Position numbers and translations under genes: made by a program. From an archaeon GW2011_AR5 (lineage in GTDB: Archaea; Aenigmatarchaeota; Aenigmatarchaeia; GW2011-AR5): a stretch of DNA of 64,000 nt. The stretch lies in contig JWKQ01000001.1 in NCBI GenBank assembly GCA_000806115.1, forward strand, positions 217,784 through 281,783. The letters are read 5' to 3'. Below are positions 27,406-32,585 of this stretch, piece after piece. Numbering within the stretch: position 1 is the stretch's first letter; each line of letters starts with the position of its first letter. Below the pieces are notes generated by a model, which was given only the letters and a program-made list of their open reading frames with translations, was not told where the DNA came from and did no database searches.

Positions 27406-27500
27406 TATAGTTAACCCAGAAAAGATTTCGGACATGAATTCTGGGTTAACAGATAGCTCACAAGAAAGTAATATACTGTTTACTTCCTTGTAGAGCTATA
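27406..27500 (+). repeat. structured repeat family, copy B
   Basis: 95 nt reading TATAGTTAACCCAGAAAAGATTTCGGACATGAATTCTGGGTTAACAGATAGCTCACAAGAAAGTAATATACTGTTTACTTCCTTGTAGAGCTATA. It forms two hairpins. Confidence 0.7.
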
Positions 27501-27514
27501 AGGGGGTAATTAAA

Positions 27515-27634
27515 ATGGCAAAAATAAGCAGAGACGGCGGAATGACTGCTGCGAAGACGCGCGCATCAAAGTCAGCCGGCGGCAAAGGTCAAGTAAACGG
27601 CCGACCGGCTGGCAAACGAATAATGCGAACTTGA
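27515..27634 (+). CDS. 39 aa basic microprotein (speculative)
   Basis: Hand translation gives MAKISRDGGMTAAKTRASKSAGGKGQVNGRPAGKRIMRT*. AGGGGGT lies 7 nt upstream of the ATG. There is no homology evidence. Confidence 0.3.
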   Translation: MAKISRDGGMTAAKTRASKSAGGKGQVNGRPAGKRIMRT

Positions 27635-27829
27635 ATAAAGTTATGGGGGCGAATTAAAATAAACCCGAAGACTTATAGTAAAAAGTGGGCACGACGTGGA
27701 ACGCTTTTGAAATCCGTCTGGGTGATACAAATCTGAATATCGGATGGAGTAATAAACCTAGGTAGCGACATTTCTAATATTGACTTCAAGCCTTAAATAT
27801 TATCTGCGCGAAGTATATCCAGTGATAAT

Positions 27830-28048
27830 ATGAAATTCAAAGTTTTAATCGAAAAAGGCGAAGATGGCTATTTCGTAGCTACGGTGCCATCTCTTCCTGG
27901 GTGTATTTCACAGGGAAAGACAGAAGCTCAGGCAAAGGAAAACATAAAGGAAGCCATTGAACTGCATCTCGAAGCTTTGGCGGAGGATGGTATACCTATA
28001 ACTCAGCCAACGCACGGCAAAGTAACAGATGTACAGGTTAAGTTATGA
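27830..28048 (+). CDS. hicB: HicB-family antitoxin (UPF0150)
   Basis: MKFKVLIEKGEDGYFVATVPSLPGCISQGKTEAQAKENIKEAIELHLEAL is a typical HicB N-terminal domain. It overlaps the next gene by 4 nt. Confidence 0.85.
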   Translation: MKFKVLIEKGEDGYFVATVPSLPGCISQGKTEAQAKENIKEAIELHLEALAEDGIPITQPTHGKVTDVQVKL

Positions 28049-28260
28049 AACTTCCTGTTGTTTCGGGCAAGGAAACAATAAAGGCTCTTTCTAAGATTGG
28101 CTATTATATTCGTGACCAGAAAGGCAGTCATGTCCACATGCGGCATCCAATAAAAAGACCGCTTACAGTTCCAATGCACAATGAGATAGACAGAGGAACA
28201 CTGAGAGCAATACTCAAGGCTGCTGAAATTTCTGAAAAAGAGTTTATTGAATTGCTGTGA
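28045..28260 (+). CDS. hicA: HicA-family mRNA interferase toxin
   Basis: LPVVSGKETIKALSKIGYYIRDQKGSHVHMRHP...LTVPMHNEIDRGTLRAILKAAEIS matches the YcfA/HicA pattern (G-SH...P.H). Confidence 0.85.
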   Translation: MKLPVVSGKETIKALSKIGYYIRDQKGSHVHMRHPIKRPLTVPMHNEIDRGTLRAILKAAEISEKEFIELL

Positions 28261-28265
28261 TAAGA

Positions 28266-28493
28266 ATGGACGAAGAAAAAGACGGTGAAGAATTTTGGAC
28301 GGAAGGCTCATTTGTGCAATCTATGAGTTCGAAAGATTGGGAGAAGAAGAAACGGACATTCCACATGAAGCATGACGAGGAGATGAATTACAACTGCAAG
28401 AAATGCAACAAGAAAATCTCCGCGCACAACAAGGACTGGCATGACGGGATGTGCGACGACTGCTTCAATGAGACATATTTTCGTGAGGAATAA
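28266..28493 (+). CDS. 75 aa zinc-ribbon protein, third gene of the hicBA operon
   Basis: ORF 28257..28493. The ATG at 28266 is preceded by GTGATAAGA, which is SD-like. The Cys motif is CKKCNKKISAHNKDWHDGMCDDC. Confidence 0.55.
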   Translation: MDEEKDGEEFWTEGSFVQSMSSKDWEKKKRTFHMKHDEEMNYNCKKCNKKISAHNKDWHDGMCDDCFNETYFREE

Positions 28494-28518
28494 TCTCATA
28501 GAGTGACCTGAAATTCAG

Positions 28519-28667
28519 TGGGCCCGACGAGATTCGAACTCGCGACATCCTGCTAACCTTTTTAGAAAAAAGCTTAACCAAAAACTTCTTTCTATATTAA
28601 GAGGCAGGCGCTAGCGGCGTATGAAATGCGAAGCATTTCGTGCACTACCAGGCTGAGCTACAGGCCC
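28519..28667 (-). tRNA. tRNA-Lys(CUU) with two introns (32 nt in the D-arm and 43 nt at 37/38)
   Basis: The spliced reading is GGGCCTG TA GCTC AGCCTGGTA GAGC G CCTGC CTCTTAA GCAGG ATGTC GCGAG TTCGAAT CTCGT CGGGCCC A. The 74 nt of exon plus 75 nt of intron equals the 149 nt observed. Confidence 0.8.
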
Positions 28668-29011
28668 TTCAACTTGGAAGTATTGTACGTTAGATTTATA
28701 TTTGTGCGCTTCAGACATTTGACATGTCATTGAAGAGTCCCTGTAAACTTCTTTATCAGATAGTTCATGCTACAAAATACGCAAAAGATGCGACAACCGC
28801 TCAGCGGACATGGAGGGCGGACGGGCTCCTGCGCGGCATCGGGCAATACTTATCAGATAACAGCGCAGAATACATGCTAAAATACCCCGAGTATGTGGGT
28901 GAGATATCGAAGGCATTAAGGCAGGCCAGAAAACGCGTTTTTTCTCATGAAAGAAGAATCAGAGCCCAGGAAAGAGTGGGCCAATAGAGGACTTTGAATA
29001 ATTATAGCTTT

Positions 29012-29257
29012 TTATTTTCCGCTCTTGTGGCGGCCCTGGCGCGCCGTCTTCACTTTCTGGTGCTTGTGCACTATCGTCTTTCTTCCTGAGCGGTTGATCG
29101 GCTTCCATTTCCATGAGTCGTGCTTCAGCTTCGCTATCGGATAACCGCACGCGCTGCATTCCTTCTTCTGGATGTGATAACTATGACGGCCGCATCTCCT
29201 GCAACGGATATGCGTTATCTTGTTGAATTTTCCCCTTGCTGATGTTCCCTTACTCAT
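29012..29257 (-). CDS. rpl37e: 50S ribosomal protein L37e (eL37)
   Basis: [40 protein letters not shown] carries the eL37 zinc ribbon. Confidence 0.92.
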   Translation of the reverse strand: MSKGTSARGKFNKITHIRCRRCGRHSYHIQKKECSACGYPIAKLKHDSWKWKPINRSGRKTIVHKHQKVKTARQGRHKSGK

Positions 29258-29367
29258 CTTCTCAACCCTGCAATTATCTTTTGTTACTTGAAAGACAAAG
29301 CTTAAAAAGTATATTTAATCACGGGCGCTAGCGATTCATCTAATAATATGTTTCTTTTTCCCAAGGA

Positions 29368-29388
29368 TTTTTCTTTTCCAAAGAAAAA
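29368..29388 (-). terminator. conserved T-rich hairpin 8 nt downstream of the Sm-like gene stop
   Basis: The minus-strand reading is TTTTTCTTT-GGA-AAAGAAAAA, with a 9-bp stem. Confidence 0.45.
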
Positions 29389-29395
29389 GGCTTAA

Positions 29396-29620
29396 TTATT
29401 CGCTCTTTTCAGGTGAGACGTAGAGTATGTTGTCGCCGCGCACAAGAATAGTTCCGAGCTTCACCTTGTCCTCATCGGACACCTGTTCGGCGCTTTCGAG
29501 CCACATGTTCAGGTGAAGGTCCATAGCCTGAAGAATGCCGGAAATTTCCCCGCCCTTCTTCAGCTTTATCAAAACTCTCTTGCCTTTTGCGTTGTTCAAA
29601 ACGTCTATAGGCCGTTCCAT
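29396..29620 (-). CDS. archaeal Sm-like (LSm/SmAP) protein
   Basis: PIDVLNNAKGKRVLIKLKKGGEISGILQAMDLHLNMWLESAE...ILVRGDNILYVSP carries the Sm1 and Sm2 motifs. It lies upstream of rpl37e, the conserved archaeal pairing. Confidence 0.9.
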   Translation of the reverse strand: MERPIDVLNNAKGKRVLIKLKKGGEISGILQAMDLHLNMWLESAEQVSDEDKVKLGTILVRGDNILYVSPEKSE

Positions 29621-29703
29621 AAAAGTCCTCCAAATTTCAAAAAATTTTACTGATGTTTAATTTCCCGCATATGCTTAAATAGATGTGAGATTTTAAGGTG
29701 TGT

Positions 29704-30084
29704 ATGACAAAGTGGCAGCTGCCTCCGAGAAAGAAAACAACCGGCGGCGCGATTAAGAAGCACGGCAAGAAGAACAGGCTCCAGAGGGGCCGCGACTACC
29801 TGCCTACGAGAATAGCGGAGCCAAAGATAAAGCAGAAGCGGACTCTTGGCGGAAACACGAAAAGAATAGCGCTTTCCATAAACATCGCCAACGTCTCGGT
29901 GGATGGAAAACATCAAAAAGTCAAGATACTTTCCGTTGCAGAGAACAGTGCGGACAGCCAGTTCGTAAGAAGAAACATAATCACGAAAGGCGCAGTCATA
30001 CAGACGGAACTCGGCAAGGCGCGGGTTACCAGCAGGCCCGGACAGGAAGGAACTGTAAATGCCGTCTTGATTGAGAAGAAATAA
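29704..30084 (+). CDS. rps8e: 30S ribosomal protein S8e (eS8)
   Basis: MTKWQLPPRKKTTGGAIKKHGKKNRLQRGRD. The ATG at 29704 is preferred over the GTG at 29698 because AGGTG precedes it. Confidence 0.92.
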   Translation: MTKWQLPPRKKTTGGAIKKHGKKNRLQRGRDYLPTRIAEPKIKQKRTLGGNTKRIALSINIANVSVDGKHQKVKILSVAENSADSQFVRRNIITKGAVIQTELGKARVTSRPGQEGTVNAVLIEKK

Positions 30085-30104
30085 AGCATCAGACTGTTTC
30101 TACA

Positions 30105-30199
30105 TATAGTGAACCCACAAAAGATTTCGGACATGAATTGTGAGTTCACAGATAGCTCACAAGGAAGTAATACGCTGTTTATTTCCTTGTAGAGCTATA
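30105..30199 (+). repeat. structured repeat family, copy C
   Basis: 95 nt reading TATAGTGAACCCACAAAAGATTTCGGACATGAATTGTGAGTTCACAGATAGCTCACAAGGAAGTAATACGCTGTTTATTTCCTTGTAGAGCTATA. Confidence 0.7.
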
Positions 30200-30377
30200 A
30201 CCTGCGGCGCTCTTTGGTTCTTAGGAAGAAAACATCAACTTCTGTTCAATCAGAAAAAAATGAGCTCGAGGCAGAACAAAAAACGAAACAGAAAGGCGCT
30301 CCGACCTGTCAAGAAACGGCTTGCGTCTTTAATAACGGTTTTTGTGCAACCATCGAAAATTGGCGCGCTTACGGAAA

Positions 30378-30977
30378 TTAAGCCTCAATTTTAAAGTCGC
30401 CGAGAATTGACATGTCGTAAGACGGCCATTCGTAACCCATCACCACGACGTCTTCGGCAGGCGCGCCGTCTATAACCAGCCCGGGCCTTGCCTTCGGCAG
30501 CCTCATGACGGGCCTTGCACCGTGCCTGAGATGCATCTTCACAGCCGCCCTTGTAGCCGGGCTGTAAGTTATCATGAACTCCACGCCGTCGTAATGTGAT
30601 ATGAGGTCCTTGAGAGCGGCATCCGTAAGGTGCGATCCGTTGACGCTTTGATGCCGCAGCGAAGGCTCTACCGTGAACGTCACGAACACAAGTGTGTTGC
30701 CTGCAGGATCGTAGTTCATGTACGTCTCGCCGCCGGTAAGCTCTCCCGACGTCTTCGGTATTTCAAGGCTGTTGCCGCCGGACTGAAATCGCATAGTCTG
30801 AAGAACAGCCGTCGGCTCGCCGTTGAAATACGCGCCGGCTATGCCGTCTCTTGTCCTCCGCAGGCGCATGCGGAAATCGTGAAAGTCGCTTCCTGCATAA
30901 TTCCCGAAATACCTTTGATTCAACTCGAAGAAAGGAGACGGGTTTCTTATTCCAGTGCCGAACTCATAGTGCAGCAT
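30378..30977 (-). CDS. hypothetical protein (199 aa)
   Basis: A long ORF with coding-like composition. No motif recognised. Confidence 0.65.
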   Translation of the reverse strand: MLHYEFGTGIRNPSPFFELNQRYFGNYAGSDFHDFRMRLRRTRDGIAGAYFNGEPTAVLQTMRFQSGGNSLEIPKTSGELTGGETYMNYDPAGNTLVFVTFTVEPSLRHQSVNGSHLTDAALKDLISHYDGVEFMITYSPATRAAVKMHLRHGARPVMRLPKARPGLVIDGAPAEDVVVMGYEWPSYDMSILGDFKIEA

Positions 30978-31029
30978 ATCCAGAACATTCTACGTCAAAT
31001 TTATAAGCCTGCTTCTAGATAATTCCCAT

Positions 31030-31416
31030 ATGTCAAGCAAACAGCTGGTTGCGCTTTACCTCGTGCTGATAATCCTCACGGGCGCGTACCTTTTCGCCGT
31101 TGAAGGCATTTCAAGCGGCAGATTTTCGCTGGACAGCGGAGGCAGGGACCACAAGATAAGCTTCTTCGACGTGACGCTTTTCCTTGTGCTCATCCTGGCG
31201 GCAGGGCTTGCCGTTATATCGTCCATGGCGTACGGCAAGAAGAACAGCCCGCGCCTGTTCTTCGTGTCGCTGGCGTTCTTCCTGTTCACGATAATGGCAT
31301 GCCTCAGGCTGGTGGACAATTTCCTGCTGGGAGGCTACACGTACATAGGAATCTCGGTGTCCACGCTTGAGTTCCTGATTTTGCTCTCGCTGTTTTACGC
31401 GCTCTTCAGGAAATAG
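31030..31416 (+). CDS. integral membrane protein (4 predicted TM segments)
   Basis: Four hydrophobic stretches, for example LVALYLVLIILTGAYLFAV and LEFLILLSLFYALF. Confidence 0.7.
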   Translation: MSSKQLVALYLVLIILTGAYLFAVEGISSGRFSLDSGGRDHKISFFDVTLFLVLILAAGLAVISSMAYGKKNSPRLFFVSLAFFLFTIMACLRLVDNFLLGGYTYIGISVSTLEFLILLSLFYALFRK

Positions 31417-31419
31417 CGG

Positions 31420-31971
31420 ATGCGCAAACAACAGGATGTCATGTTAATGAACGGCCATCACTCCCTAGACTTAGACGTCCGCAGGCAGATATACAACTGT
31501 ATCGCCGAATCACCCGGACTGCATTTCCGCGAGATACAGAGGCGCACGGGGCTCGCGACAGGCTCCATAGACTACCACATCCACTTTCTCCACAAGAACG
31601 GGCTCATACGCACCGAGCGCGACAAGAACTATGTGCGCTACTACCCCCTTACCAAGAACTGGAGCGAGGAAGAGAAAGGCGTCCTCAACCTGCTGCGCAA
31701 CACGAAGATGCGCCACATACTCATATTCCTGCTGGAGAAGAAGCGCTCCACGCCGCTGAAGATTGCCGAAGCCACGGGCATATCGTTCTCGACTCTCTCC
31801 TGGTACCTCAAGCAGCTCAAGGAGAAGAACATAATATCCGAAAAGAAGAAGGGGCGCTTCCGCTTCTACAAGATAAACGAGCCGGACATAATTGTAAAAT
31901 ACCTGGTTGCACACAAGTCGAGCTTCCTTGACACCGTTGTGGACAGGTTCATCGAGACCTGGGAGTTCTAA
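31420..31971 (+). CDS. transcriptional regulator with two ArsR-like winged-helix domains
   Basis: IYNCIAESPGLHFREIQRRTGLATGSIDYHIHFLHKNGLI and ILIFLLEKKRSTPLKIAEATGISFSTLSWYLKQLKEKNII. It starts 3 nt after the membrane protein gene. Confidence 0.75.
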   Translation: MRKQQDVMLMNGHHSLDLDVRRQIYNCIAESPGLHFREIQRRTGLATGSIDYHIHFLHKNGLIRTERDKNYVRYYPLTKNWSEEEKGVLNLLRNTKMRHILIFLLEKKRSTPLKIAEATGISFSTLSWYLKQLKEKNIISEKKKGRFRFYKINEPDIIVKYLVAHKSSFLDTVVDRFIETWEF

Positions 31972-32034
31972 TACCGACTTTTTTCTTAAGACGGAGCTTC
32001 GCTGTTTTCTTAAATTCAGCCCCGAACTATTATC

Positions 32035-32529
32035 ATGGACGCGTCGTTCCTGATAGGGCTTGTGGTAAGCTTCGGCTACCTTGGCGTTTTTCTTGCCAGC
32101 CTGATAGGTTCCGCATCCGTGCTGCTTCCCGTGCCTTCTTTTCTCATCGTTACCGCCGCAGGCACTACGCTGAACCCGATACTTGTCGGCATCGTGGCGG
32201 GGCTGGGCTCCGCCATCGGCGAACTTGTCGGCTATCTGATAGGACTGGGGCTGCTTTACGGCAAAAAGAAGATATCCAGGAAAAAAGAGAACAAGTACTC
32301 AAAGCTTGTCAAGAAATGGTTCTCCAGGAAGAAAGGGCCCGTCATAATATTCCTGTTCGCGCTCACGCCGCTACCCGATGACATAGTAGGAGTGATATGT
32401 GGGGCAATCAAGTATGACGTGAAGAAGTTCTTCGTCGCAACGCTCGCCGGAAAGATACTGCTGCACATCGCCCTTGCCTATGCGGGCTTGTACGGGCTGG
32501 AACTGATAAGGATGTTATTTTTTGCGTAA
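32035..32529 (+). CDS. DedA/VTT-domain membrane protein
   Basis: Features: GYLGVFLASLIGSASVLLPVPSFLIVTAAG, and later TPLPDDIVGVICGAIKY. Confidence 0.8.
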   Translation: MDASFLIGLVVSFGYLGVFLASLIGSASVLLPVPSFLIVTAAGTTLNPILVGIVAGLGSAIGELVGYLIGLGLLYGKKKISRKKENKYSKLVKKWFSRKKGPVIIFLFALTPLPDDIVGVICGAIKYDVKKFFVATLAGKILLHIALAYAGLYGLELIRMLFFA

Positions 32530-32585
32530 TTCAAAGGAATCACATTTTTAAAAATTATTTATACCGCATAAAATAATATTATCGA

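Noticed and set aside
26106-28667. Annotating the islet as an integrated mobile element at tRNA-Lys.
   Set aside because: I could not find an integrase, a transposase, or a direct repeat of the tRNA 3' end. It is therefore reported as a compositional islet and not as a mobile_element feature.
28724-28987. An 87 aa plus-strand ORF between tRNA-Lys and rpl37e.
   Set aside because: It has no motif, no SD-like sequence and no family resemblance. The region upstream (about 28690-28705) looks like the TATA region of the divergent tRNA gene. Coding status is undecidable from sequence alone.
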